A DNA stretch of 32,000 bases from Dickeya solani IPO 2222. Lineage in GTDB: Bacteria > Pseudomonadota > Gammaproteobacteria > Enterobacterales > Enterobacteriaceae. The stretch is taken from positions 2,220,001 through 2,252,000 of the forward strand of contig NZ_CP015137.1 of NCBI RefSeq assembly GCF_001644705.1, read 5' to 3'. Each line of letters begins with the position of its first letter. The first letter of the stretch is position 1. The translations under genes were made by a program, and so were the position numbers. Positions 8,217-16,687 of the stretch are shown here, piece after piece. The notes beneath the pieces are model-generated. The model did no database searches, was not told where the DNA came from, and saw only the letters and a program-made list of their open reading frames with translations.

Positions 8217-11200
8217 ATGCTCCGCCGGTTCGATCACCATCAGCAACTGCCCCGCTTGCACCTGATGACCGGGTTGACGATACAGCGTGTGGATAATGCC
8301 GGCGATCGGCGCGGTGATGGGAATTTCCATTTTCATCGACTCCAGAATCCCCACCAGTTGACCGGCGCTGACGGTGTCTCCGGGGGTAACCAGCCATTGC
8401 CAGACGCTGCCCGCCACCTGGCTTTCCACGCCGTAACAATCGGCCGGAACGGCATCGTCATCGGCGGCGGTTTCCTGCAAGCTGCTGTCGAAGGTGAACT
8501 GGCCGTCGGCGCGCCAGCGCGCCAGTTCCTCGTCAAATGCCCGCTGGCGTTGCTGCTGGAAAGCGTCGATCGCCGGTTGCTGTTCCACCAGATTCCGCTG
8601 ATAGTCGGCGAGGCGGAACTCCCCTTCTTCGGTACGCAATGGGTAATCTCCCCACGGAAAGCGCTCGCGGGCAGCCAGCAGCTCCTGCGCGGTAACCGGA
8701 TAAAAGCGAATCTGATCGAAGAACCGCAGCAACCAGGGCTGACGGAAGGCGTCGGTTTGTCGATCGCGGTTCCACATCTGTAACGTGCGGCCGATGAACT
8801 GATAGCCGCCGGGGCCTTCCATGCCGTATACACACAGATAGGCGCCGCCGATACCGACCGAGTTTTCCGCCGTCCAGGTGCGGGCCGGGTTGTACTTGGT
8901 GGTGACCAGCCGGTGGCGCGGGTCGAGCGGGGTGGCGACCGGCGCGCCGAGGTAGACGTCTCCCAGTCCCATCACCAGATAGCGGGCGCTGAACACGATG
9001 TCTTTAACCTGGTCCACCGAATCCAGTCCGTTGATGCGACGGATGAATTCGATGTTGCTGGGGCACCAGGGAGCGCCGGGCCTGACCGACTGGGTATAAC
9101 GGGTGATAGCCTCGCGGCAGGCGTCGTCGTCCCAGCTGAGCGGCAGCCACACGGTGCGGGAGGGAACGGCGGCATCCTGCAGGTTGCCGAGCGCGTCGTC
9201 CGCTTGCTGCAGATGCGTCAGCAGCGCGCTGCGCGGGCATTGCAGGCTATCGAAATGGATTTGCAGCGAGCGGATACCCGGCGTCAGCTCCTGCACGCCC
9301 GGCAACGGATGCCGTTCCAGCCACTGCATCAGCGCGTGCACGCGAAAACGCAGGGCGATATCCAGCCGGTGCTCGCCGTACTCCAACAACAGGAAGCGAT
9401 CGCCTGCCGCCAGACAGGTCACCGATGGTCGATCGTTTTGCGCCGGTCGGCGGTACAGCACGGGCGACGGGCAACTGGCGGCGATAGTCGGTTCCGCGGT
9501 CTGACGAGCGGCGGAGATGGCGTATTCCGCTTCGCGCGCCAGGTCGTCCGCCTGCTCCAGAGTCACCGGTGTGAAACGAATGCGGTCGCCTGCTTTTAAC
9601 TGGCCGAGTTTCCATAAATCGGTGTGGATCACCGTGGCCGGGCAGACGAACCCGCCCAGCGACGGGCCGTCCGGCCCCAGGATGACCGGCATATCGCCGG
9701 TAAAGTCCACCGTGCCGAAGGCGTAGGCGTTGTCATGGATATTGGACGGGTGCATGCCGGCTTCGCCGCCGTCGGTTCGCGCCCACTGAGGTTTCGGGCC
9801 AATCAGCCGGATGCCGGTGCGGCTGGAGTTGTAATGCACCTGCCAGTCGGCGGCGAAAAACGCCTCGATATCCTCTGGGGTAAAGTAGTCCGGCGCGCCG
9901 TGCGGCCCGTAAACCACCCGCAATTGCCAGTGAGAGTTCCAGTCGGGGGCGGGTAAGACGGCATCAGCGACAGGCAGCGCGGGGGCGGCCAGATGCAGGA
10001 CGTCGCCGGCGCGCAGCGCCCGCCCGGCATGGCCGCCGAATTTGCCGAGCGTGAAGGTGCTGCGGCTGCCCAGATACGTCGGGCAGGCCAGACCGCCGGC
10101 CAGCAACAGGTAGCTGCGGCAGCCGGCGCCCTGAATATCGCCAAGCGTCAGCGTTTGCCCGGCGCGGGCGTGATGAATCCGCCAGCCGGTGACAGGGGTA
10201 TTATCCAGCCGGGCGTCGATGGCGGCGCCGGTAATGGCGAAAGCGCAGTCGCGGTTGAAGCGCAGCGTTGGGCCGCGCAGGGTAATCTCCAGCCCGGCGG
10301 CGTCCGACGCGTTGCCCAGCAACTGGTTGCCGAGCCGGAAGGAGCGAACGTCGAACGGACCGGAAGGCGGCACGCCGACATGCCAGTAGCCGGTTCGGCC
10401 GGGCGCATCCTGCACGGTGGTGAGCGTGCCGCCGCTGAGGACATCTAGCGTAGCGGGCTGCCAGACGACGCTGCCCAGCGTCGCGGTGATGATTTCTCCA
10501 CGCCTGACGGCGGGCAGGGTCAGCAGGTGGCGCAGCCAGTCGAGATTGGTTTCGATGCCGTACAGCGACGTGGCGTTCAGCGCTTGCGCCATACCGTCGA
10601 GCGCGGCGTCTCGGCTGTCACCGTGAACGAGGACTTTCGCCAGCATCGGGTCATAAAACGGCGACACCTCGCAGCCGTTGTCCAGCCAGTGGTCGATACG
10701 CAGGGTAAGGCCGGGCAGCGCCTCCGGAAAACTGACGTTGCTCAGCAGTCCGGCGCAGGGCTGGAACTGTTTGGCCGGATCTTCGGCGTACAGCCGCACC
10801 TGCATGGCGTGGCCGCGCGGTGTGGCGGCAAGTGTGTGGAGCGGCGGCAGGCAACCGGCGCCCAGCGTCACCATCCACTGCACGATGTCGACGCCGTACA
10901 CCATCTCGGTCACGCCGTGTTCCACCTGCAGGCGGGTGTTGACCTCCAGAAACCAGAACTGCTTGCTGCTTTCGTCGTACACATACTCGACCGTGCCTGC
11001 GCTGCGGTAGTTCACCGCCTGACACAGCCGGATGGCGGTGGCCTGCAGTTCGGCGCGCACGCTGTCGCCAAGGTTGGGGGCCGGGGTTTCCTCAATCACT
11101 TTCTGGTTGCGGCGCTGGGCGGAACAGTCGCGCTCGCCAAGGGCAATGACGTTGCCCCGGCCGTCGCCGAACACCTGCACTTCGATGTGGCGGGCGCGGG

Positions 11201-11807
11201 CGATGAATTTTTCCAGAAACACGCCGTCGTCGGCGAAGTTGTTGCCCGCCAGCCGTTTCACGCGGGTAAAGGCATCGGCCAACTGGTCTTCGTCATTGCA
11301 GCGCTGCATGCCGATGCCGCCGCCGCCCGCGGTGCTCTTTAACATCACCGGATAACCAATGCGCCGCGCCTGCTCGCAGGCACTGTCCAGCGAGGTAAGC
11401 AGGCTGCTACCGGGCAGCAGCGGCACGTCATTCTGCTGCGCCAGCGCGCGCGCCTGATGCTTGAGGCCGAAAGCGGTCATCTGCGCCACGGTCGGGCCGA
11501 GGAATACCAGGCCCGCCTGCTCACAGCGGGTGACAAAGCCGGCGTTTTCGCTCAGAAAACCGTAGCCGGGGTGAATGGCCTGTGCGCCGCTTTGCGCGGC
11601 GATGTGCAGTAATTTGTCCTGATTCAGGTAGGTGTCGCGCACCGGGCCGTCGCCCAGCGGCCAGGCTTCGTCCGCCTGACGCACGTGCAGCGAATGACGA
11701 TCCGCTTCGGCATAAACGACGATGGCCTTCACGCCCATTTTTTTCAGGGTGCGGATGATACGCACCGCAATAGCGCCACGGTTGGCAATCAGTACTCGCT
11801 CAAACAT
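8214..11807 (-). CDS. Biotin-dependent urea-carboxylase-family enzyme; in this riboswitch context predicted guanidine carboxylase
   Basis: The protein is 1197 aa. The N-terminal biotin carboxylase domain begins MFERVLIANRGAIAVRIIRT and includes GGGGIGM. Central KipI/KipA-type carboxyltransferase domains follow. The C-terminal biotinyl domain has the ESMKMEI motif. Confidence 0.93.
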   Translation of the reverse strand: MFERVLIANRGAIAVRIIRTLKKMGVKAIVVYAEADRHSLHVRQADEAWPLGDGPVRDTYLNQDKLLHIAAQSGAQAIHPGYGFLSENAGFVTRCEQAGLVFLGPTVAQMTAFGLKHQARALAQQNDVPLLPGSSLLTSLDSACEQARRIGYPVMLKSTAGGGGIGMQRCNDEDQLADAFTRVKRLAGNNFADDGVFLEKFIARARHIEVQVFGDGRGNVIALGERDCSAQRRNQKVIEETPAPNLGDSVRAELQATAIRLCQAVNYRSAGTVEYVYDESSKQFWFLEVNTRLQVEHGVTEMVYGVDIVQWMVTLGAGCLPPLHTLAATPRGHAMQVRLYAEDPAKQFQPCAGLLSNVSFPEALPGLTLRIDHWLDNGCEVSPFYDPMLAKVLVHGDSRDAALDGMAQALNATSLYGIETNLDWLRHLLTLPAVRRGEIITATLGSVVWQPATLDVLSGGTLTTVQDAPGRTGYWHVGVPPSGPFDVRSFRLGNQLLGNASDAAGLEITLRGPTLRFNRDCAFAITGAAIDARLDNTPVTGWRIHHARAGQTLTLGDIQGAGCRSYLLLAGGLACPTYLGSRSTFTLGKFGGHAGRALRAGDVLHLAAPALPVADAVLPAPDWNSHWQLRVVYGPHGAPDYFTPEDIEAFFAADWQVHYNSSRTGIRLIGPKPQWARTDGGEAGMHPSNIHDNAYAFGTVDFTGDMPVILGPDGPSLGGFVCPATVIHTDLWKLGQLKAGDRIRFTPVTLEQADDLAREAEYAISAARQTAEPTIAASCPSPVLYRRPAQNDRPSVTCLAAGDRFLLLEYGEHRLDIALRFRVHALMQWLERHPLPGVQELTPGIRSLQIHFDSLQCPRSALLTHLQQADDALGNLQDAAVPSRTVWLPLSWDDDACREAITRYTQSVRPGAPWCPSNIEFIRRINGLDSVDQVKDIVFSARYLVMGLGDVYLGAPVATPLDPRHRLVTTKYNPARTWTAENSVGIGGAYLCVYGMEGPGGYQFIGRTLQMWNRDRQTDAFRQPWLLRFFDQIRFYPVTAQELLAARERFPWGDYPLRTEEGEFRLADYQRNLVEQQPAIDAFQQQRQRAFDEELARWRADGQFTFDSSLQETAADDDAVPADCYGVESQVAGSVWQWLVTPGDTVSAGQLVGILESMKMEIPITAPIAGIIHTLYRQPGHQVQAGQLLMVIEPAEH

Positions 11808-11907
11808 GACAGAGTCTCTTACGGGCAGGCCGTCCTGCGAAGTTCTGGACGCGTGTTGCGGGTCGTCCCGCGCGTCGCTGTTCCCGATGTGTGCCGTTGC
11901 GGCCGGT

Positions 11908-12543
11908 TTACCAGACGGCGATGTCGATCGGGGTGGGGTTGTAGCCGTTACAGGGATTGTTCAACTGCGGACAATTGGAAATCAGCACCAGTACGTTCAT
12001 TTTCGCCACCATTTCCACGTATTTCCCCGGTGCGGAGATGCCGTCGGCGAAGGTCAACCCGCCTTCCCGCGTCACCGGCACGTTCATGAAAAAGTTGATG
12101 TTGTGGGTGATGTCGCGTTTGGTCAGGTGGTATTCCGGGTGTTGCGCCACCGCCAGCATCCAACTGTCGCGGCAGGCGTGCATGTGGCGTTTTTCCAGGT
12201 CGTAGCGCACCGTGTTGCTCTCGGTGGCGCAGGCGCCGCCGAGGGTGTCGTGACGCCCGCAGGTGTCCGCCACGATTTCCAGCATCGGGCGGTCTTCATT
12301 GGAGCGTAGTACGCTGCCGGTAGTGAGAAATACGTTACGCTGCTCGCGCAGGGTATCGGTCACGCTGTAGCGCTCGGCGGTATCGTCGGCGTTGTAGAAC
12401 AGGGTGTCGGCGGCCTGATTACCTTCGAGATCGGTAATTCGCAGCGTCTGACCGGCTTCGATGCGGTGCAGCCAGTAGTCGCCGGCGGGAAGGGTGGCGC
12501 GGTAAACCGCCGTGGCGGGGTCGCGCTGACTGGTCTGGATCAT
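11908..12543 (-). CDS. DUF1989 / urea-carboxylase-associated protein (CgdA/CgdB-type carboxyguanidine deiminase subunit)
   Basis: The 211-aa protein is a paralogue of the upstream gene ([18 protein letters not shown] versus [18 protein letters not shown]). It starts 2 nt after the upstream stop, with AAGGAG upstream. Confidence 0.85.
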   Translation of the reverse strand: MIQTSQRDPATAVYRATLPAGDYWLHRIEAGQTLRITDLEGNQAADTLFYNADDTAERYSVTDTLREQRNVFLTTGSVLRSNEDRPMLEIVADTCGRHDTLGGACATESNTVRYDLEKRHMHACRDSWMLAVAQHPEYHLTKRDITHNINFFMNVPVTREGGLTFADGISAPGKYVEMVAKMNVLVLISNCPQLNNPCNGYNPTPIDIAVW

Positions 12544-12545
12544 AA

Positions 12546-13265
12546 TCAGACTCCTTGTGGTTGCTCAGCCAGATAGTAAAGCGTGTTGTTGCGCAGCCCG
12601 CGCCGGTTCTCCGGTCGTGCCAGACAGATGTCCGGCAGCGGCGCGCGCTGATAGTCCAGCGTCAGCAGGGCCGGATGGTGCGGATAGTCGGCGGCGGTGT
12701 TGAGCGGATGCGGGCAGGTATGCAGGATAACCAGCGTATCCATAGCGAAACGCAGCGTGACGCCGGCACCGGCCTGCCCCTGCCGTTCCAGCGTCAGGTT
12801 GCCGTCGTCGTCGCTGCTCACGCGGGCGAAAAAGTTGACGCAGGCGGCCATGTCGCGTTTGCCGAGGCCGTATTTCGCCAGTTCCACCAGAAAGCTGTCG
12901 TAGCCGTTTTGGTGACGGCTGTTACGCGCCTGCTGGTAGTTCAGTTCGCCGAACTGACGCGGCACCTGCTGCGCGTTGCTGGTGCCGCACACGGTTTCAT
13001 GCCAGCCGAAACTGTCGGTTTCGATGCCGCAGAAAATACGGCCCATATCCGAGTACAGGCAGTGCCCGGCGGTCAGACGAAACGTGTGCTGGCATTTGAG
13101 CGTGTCCGGCGCGTTGTAACGCTCCAGCGGATTTTCCGGGTTATAGAACAGCATGCCCACGTTGGCGCCGCCTTCGATGTCGGTCAGGCGCAGCGCGGTA
13201 CCGCGGCGCATAACCAGCGACCAGTGCGATCCGGCGGGCAGTTCGGTCTGATAATGATCGTTCAT
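12546..13265 (-). CDS. DUF1989 / urea-carboxylase-associated protein (second CgdA/CgdB-type subunit)
   Basis: The 239-aa protein pairs with a second DUF1989 gene directly upstream of a urea-carboxylase-family gene, which is the classic arrangement. A GGGAGGA Shine-Dalgarno sequence precedes the start. Confidence 0.85.
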   Translation of the reverse strand: MNDHYQTELPAGSHWSLVMRRGTALRLTDIEGGANVGMLFYNPENPLERYNAPDTLKCQHTFRLTAGHCLYSDMGRIFCGIETDSFGWHETVCGTSNAQQVPRQFGELNYQQARNSRHQNGYDSFLVELAKYGLGKRDMAACVNFFARVSSDDDGNLTLERQGQAGAGVTLRFAMDTLVILHTCPHPLNTAADYPHHPALLTLDYQRAPLPDICLARPENRRGLRNNTLYYLAEQPQGV

Positions 13266-13281
13266 TGTGTGATTCCTCCCA

Positions 13282-14061
13282 TCAGGCGACGTGTCGCCGC
13301 CCGTCAGTCAGTTCTCCCACCGGGGTACGCACGCCGGCAGGCGCGCGCTCCAGCGGAAGGTCGTAGGTGATGCTGGCGCCAAAAGCGTCTGGCGCTTGCG
13401 GGTCCTGGCGGATCTTGTCGAACACCCACAGGCGCGACCCGAGTGAAAAACCTTCTTTAAGGTCGTGGGTGATCATGAAAATGGTCAGGCGGTGCTCCTG
13501 CCATAACTGGCTGATTAACTGGTGCATTTCAGCGCGGATGCCGGGGTCCAGCGCGCCGAACGGCTCATCCAGCAGCAGAATGCGCGGCCGTTTGATCAAC
13601 GCCTGCGCCAGCGCCAGTCGCTGCTGCATGCCGCCGGACAGCTGATGCGGGTACTTATGGGCGGATTGCTCCAGCCCTACCTGGCGCAGCATCGCCATCG
13701 CCCCGGCGTGGAGCGCGCGGCGTCGTTTGCCCCACACCCGGCCCAGCCAGCGAGCTTCGGCGAATTCCGCGCCGAGCATGACGTTTTCCGCCACGCTGAG
13801 GTGAGGGAAAACCGAGTAGCGCTGGAACACCACGCCGCGGTGTTCGTCCGGCTCTTGGGGCATGGGCGCGTCGTCGAGCAACAACTGACCGCTGCTGGGG
13901 CTTTCGGTACCGAGCAGCATCTTGAGAAAGGTGGTTTTGCCGCAGCCGGATGCGCCGACGATGGAGACGAATTCGCCTTCCTCGACCGAGACATTGAGCC
14001 GTTCCAGCACCACCTGACCGTCGTACTCTTTCCTGATGTTTTTAAGTTTTAACAACGACAT
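13282..14061 (-). CDS. ABC transporter ATP-binding protein, NitT/TauT (nitrate/sulfonate/taurine) family
   Basis: I moved the start to the ATG at 14061 (MSLLKLKNIRKEY..., GGAGAACC upstream) rather than 14142. Motifs: Walker A GASGCGKTT, signature LSGGMQQRLALA, Walker B ILLLDEP. Confidence 0.9.
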   Translation of the reverse strand: MSLLKLKNIRKEYDGQVVLERLNVSVEEGEFVSIVGASGCGKTTFLKMLLGTESPSSGQLLLDDAPMPQEPDEHRGVVFQRYSVFPHLSVAENVMLGAEFAEARWLGRVWGKRRRALHAGAMAMLRQVGLEQSAHKYPHQLSGGMQQRLALAQALIKRPRILLLDEPFGALDPGIRAEMHQLISQLWQEHRLTIFMITHDLKEGFSLGSRLWVFDKIRQDPQAPDAFGASITYDLPLERAPAGVRTPVGELTDGRRHVA

Positions 14062-14086
14062 AGGTTCTCCTGCATTCCGCAACGGC

Positions 14087-14899
14087 TCATTTCGAGTAAT
14101 ACCAGGGCCAGCCGCGACGGCTGATGACCCGCAGCAGCACATCGAGCAGGAACGCCAGCGCCGTGATCCAGGCGACGTAAGGCAGAATGACGTCCATCGC
14201 CAGATAGCGGCGCATCAGGAAGATGCGGTAGCCCAGCCCGTTGGTGGCGGCGATGGCTTCGGCGGCGATCAGGAACAGCCAGGCGGAACTGAGCGAGAGG
14301 CGTACTGCATCCAGCAGGCGCGGCATCAGCTGCGGCAGGATCACCCGCCACAGGATCTGGCCGCTGTGGCCGCCGAGGGTTTGCGCCTTGACCAGTTGCT
14401 CCTGCGGCAGGCTCTGGATGTAGAGTTGCAGGTCGCGGATGATGAACGGCGTGATACCCACCATGATCAGCACCACTTTCGACAACTCGCCCAGCCCGAA
14501 ACAGATGAACAGGACTGGCAGCACCGCCAGCGGCGGGATTAGCGCAAACAGGGTGATCAGCGGCGACAGGGTGGCCCGTACCGACGGCAGCGCGCCGCAC
14601 AGCAGGCCGAACACCAGCGCCAGCAGCGCGCTTAAGCCCACGCCGGTTAACAGCCGCAGCAAGCTGGCGACGCTGTCGGTCCACAACAGGTATTCGCCGG
14701 TGCGTTCGTTGGGCTCAAACGCCATGCGATGCATGGCGTCCGCCATCGCGCCCATCCCCGGCAGCAGCTTGTCGGCGGCGTTTACCGCCAGCCGGGCGTC
14801 GGACGCCATCAGGTAGACCAGCAGCAGCGCCAGCAGCGGCAGAAACCCCATCATCCCGCGCGTCAGCGGCAGCGGCTGGTAGTTAATCAGTTTGCGCAT
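14087..14899 (-). CDS. ABC transporter permease, NitT/TauT family
   Basis: The 270-aa protein is polytopic and hydrophobic. GGGAGAA lies upstream, and the gene sits between the binding-protein and ATPase genes. Confidence 0.9.
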   Translation of the reverse strand: MRKLINYQPLPLTRGMMGFLPLLALLLVYLMASDARLAVNAADKLLPGMGAMADAMHRMAFEPNERTGEYLLWTDSVASLLRLLTGVGLSALLALVFGLLCGALPSVRATLSPLITLFALIPPLAVLPVLFICFGLGELSKVVLIMVGITPFIIRDLQLYIQSLPQEQLVKAQTLGGHSGQILWRVILPQLMPRLLDAVRLSLSSAWLFLIAAEAIAATNGLGYRIFLMRRYLAMDVILPYVAWITALAFLLDVLLRVISRRGWPWYYSK

Positions 14900-14915
14900 C
14901 CGGCGTTCTCCCGTA

Positions 14916-15971
14916 TTACAGCTTGTTGTCGGCCGCCAGCTTCAGGAACTCATCGCTGAAGCGCAGTTTGACGTTGCCGGTGTTGCCCCACAGACCAGCC
15001 GGAGTGGATACCCCCACCACGTCTGCGCCCGGTGCGCCGTCGCCCAGCAGGCCGTGACGGAAGGAGAACTCCGCCACTGACTGCATGGTGGCTTTCAACT
15101 GAGCGTTCTGGACGAACTCCAGCGCCTGTTTCGGGGTGGCGAACAGGTGGGTGGCGGCCAGTTGCTCATCAAATCCGGCCAGGTCGGTACCGGCGGCCTG
15201 CCCCATGAAGGTGCGGGCCTGGCGGGCGGCACTGCTGTCGCCGGACATAACTTGCAGGGTTTCATACCAGGCGCCGGTCAGGGCTTTGCCCAGTTCGGGG
15301 TGTTGCTTCAACGTGGCGGTATTGACCACCAGCAGGTCGAGGATTTCGCCGGGGATTTGGGCGGAAGAAAACGCCAGCTGGCTGCCCGGCTGCTTTTTGG
15401 CTTCCGCCAGCAACGGGTTCCAGGTAACGATGGCCTGCACGTCCGACGTGCCGAAGGCGGCGACCAGATCGGCATCGGCGGTGTTCACCACGTTGATGTC
15501 TTTCTCGCTCATGCCGTTCTTTTCCAGCGCTCGCGCCAGCAGGTAATGAGATACTGACAACTGGACCAGATTGATCGGCTTGCCTTTGAGCGTAGCCAGG
15601 CTGTTGGTGCCTTTGATCAGAATGCCGTCGTTGCCGTTTGAGTAGTCGCCGACGATAAGCGCAGTGCTGTCCACGCCGCCGACCGCCGGAATGGTCAGGG
15701 CGTCCATGTTGGTCATCGCGCAGCCGTCAAAACCGCCGGCGGTGTACTGGTTAACGGATTCGATGTAGTCGTTGACCTGGACAAACTGGATATCGATGCC
15801 GTATTTGTCGGCCCATTTTTTGATGATGTCTTGTTGCTGGGCGTAGTCCCACGGCATCCAGCCGGCGTAAATGGACCAGCAGAGTTTGAAAGCGGGTTTG
15901 TTGGCGGCCAGCGCACCAGCGCTGCACAGCGCCAATGCGCAAACAAGCAGTAATCGTTGAATCGTTTTCAT
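14916..15971 (-). CDS. ABC transporter periplasmic substrate-binding protein (NMT1/TauA-like), first gene of the riboswitch-controlled operon
   Basis: The 351-aa protein has the signal peptide MKTIQRLLLVCALALCSAGALA/ANK. An AGAGGA Shine-Dalgarno sequence precedes the start. Confidence 0.9.
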   Translation of the reverse strand: MKTIQRLLLVCALALCSAGALAANKPAFKLCWSIYAGWMPWDYAQQQDIIKKWADKYGIDIQFVQVNDYIESVNQYTAGGFDGCAMTNMDALTIPAVGGVDSTALIVGDYSNGNDGILIKGTNSLATLKGKPINLVQLSVSHYLLARALEKNGMSEKDINVVNTADADLVAAFGTSDVQAIVTWNPLLAEAKKQPGSQLAFSSAQIPGEILDLLVVNTATLKQHPELGKALTGAWYETLQVMSGDSSAARQARTFMGQAAGTDLAGFDEQLAATHLFATPKQALEFVQNAQLKATMQSVAEFSFRHGLLGDGAPGADVVGVSTPAGLWGNTGNVKLRFSDEFLKLAADNKL

Positions 15972-15997
15972 CGCGAATGTCCTCTGACGTTGGGCGC

Positions 15998-16043
15998 AAA
16001 AGAAGCAGGAGGGCGGCGAGCATGCATCTCGCTGTATCCTCCC
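15998..16043 (-). terminator. Riboswitch expression platform: intrinsic terminator whose 5' arm overlaps the aptamer 3' tail
   Basis: The minus strand reads GGGAGGAUACAGCGAGAUGCAUGCUCGCCGCCCUCCUGCUUCUUUU. GGGAGG pairs with CCCUCC and GCGAG with CUCGC, followed by a U-rich tract. The GGGAGG arm is the conserved aptamer tail. Confidence 0.6.
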
Positions 16044-16126
16044 GGGCTTTTATCCCGCCGTGTAACCGCCAGAGGGCGGTCGGTGACTCTCGGACCTGCG
16101 CAGTAAAGCCGGAACCCTAGTCACCC
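16037..16126 (-). promoter_or_regulatory. Guanidine-I riboswitch aptamer (ykkC-yxkD class, Rfam RF00442)
   Basis: The minus strand reads GGGTGACTAGGGTTCCGGCTTTACTGCGCAGGTCCGAGAGTCACCGACCGCCCTCTGGCGGTTACACGGCGGGATAAAAGCCCGGGAGGA. It contains the class hallmarks CUAGGGUUCCG, GGUCCGAGAG and ACACGGCGGGAUAAAAGCCCGGGAG. P1 pairs GGUGAC with GUCACC. Confidence 0.88.
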
Positions 16127-16186
16127 ATTTCCAAATTGTCTGGCGACACCGGTTGCCCGCTATCGCTCCTGCTGTCCGTGATGCAA

Positions 16187-16202
16187 AGCAAAATACTTGC
16201 CA
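16187..16202 (-). promoter_or_regulatory. Candidate sigma54 (RpoN) -24/-12 promoter for the riboswitch operon
   Basis: The minus strand reads cTGGCAAGtattTTGCTt against the consensus YTGGCACGrNNNTTGCW. GG and GC are at the exact 12-nt register, with one mismatch in the -24 box. The predicted start near 16176 is about 50 nt before the aptamer. Confidence 0.5.
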
Positions 16203-16333
16203 GCTTGCGTGGCGATACGACGAAGTTGAGGGTGTTCTCTTAATTTTTTATTTATCTTTCAAGTTATTACACCTTATGCATCACTGCGTTCGCCAGCCGG
16301 TCAATGCGCCGGGGAGGATCTTCCGCACCCGCT

Positions 16334-16352
16334 GTGCATTGCCGGGATGCAC
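16334..16352. promoter_or_regulatory. Perfect palindrome GTGCAT-N7-ATGCAC; possible enhancer (NtrC-like TGCAY-N7-RTGCA) site
   Basis: The sequence gtgcattgccgggatgcac lies about 140 bp upstream of the sigma54-like element. It resembles the NtrC consensus TGCACC-N5-GGTGCA in architecture. Confidence 0.3.
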
Positions 16353-16355
16353 TAC

Positions 16356-16437
16356 TTGTGTGCAAGATAATGTGTTGTGTGCAAGATAGTGCGTTGTGTG
16401 CAAGATGATGTGTTGTGTGCAAGATGATGATGTGCAA
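16356..16437. repeat. Four tandem 19-bp repeats TTGTGTGCAAGATRATGYG (the last is extended)
   Basis: The units are ttgtgtgcaagataatgtg, ttgtgtgcaagatagtgcg, ttgtgtgcaagatgatgtg and ttgtgtgcaagatgatgatgtgcaa. They are contiguous with no spacers. Confidence 0.9.
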
Positions 16438-16687
16438 CCTGCGCGAAGTCGTGTGCTCATCGCGGTAATAGAACAGACGATTCTGTGGGTGGCATGGCGT
16501 CGATCCGGCGTAGAATAGCGGTCCTTGATTGATAAAACCGGCCGTTGGGCGAAAAAAACAGGCGTGGCATGTCCCACGCGACGGCAGCTTCGGTTACGCT
16601 TATGGCGACATGGCTCGCCGGGTGGCATGGCTTGTTGGTGATAGTAGGACCGCCGGGTCACGGTGGTGAAAATAAACAGGAGTAGTA

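Noticed and set aside
8217-11355. Many 60-270-aa ORFs in several frames inside the carboxylase gene, with similar ones inside the ABC and DUF1989 genes (12555-15557)
   Set aside because: They are all nested in or antisense to a continuous 1197-aa multi-domain ORF or well-supported transporter genes. This is a consequence of composition, not evidence of genes.
8214-13265. Literal reading of the cluster as a urea amidolyase (urea degradation) system
   Set aside because: The guanidine-I riboswitch in the leader, together with published biochemistry on riboswitch-associated carboxylases and DUF1989 proteins, favours guanidine as the physiological substrate. This still needs experimental confirmation for this locus.
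16487-16637. TGGCAT motifs (16490-16495, 16623-16628) as sigma54 promoters for the lipoprotein gene
   Set aside because: The -24-like GG is present, but the nucleotides at the required -12 register are AT and TG rather than GC. Only the minus-strand element at 16187-16202 has the correct spacing.
16153-16661. ORFs of 78 aa (16153-16389, plus strand) and 126 aa (16281-16661, minus strand) in the long intergenic region
   Set aside because: They have no Shine-Dalgarno sequences. Their sequences are dominated by translation of the 19-bp tandem repeats, and they overlap the proposed regulatory DNA.
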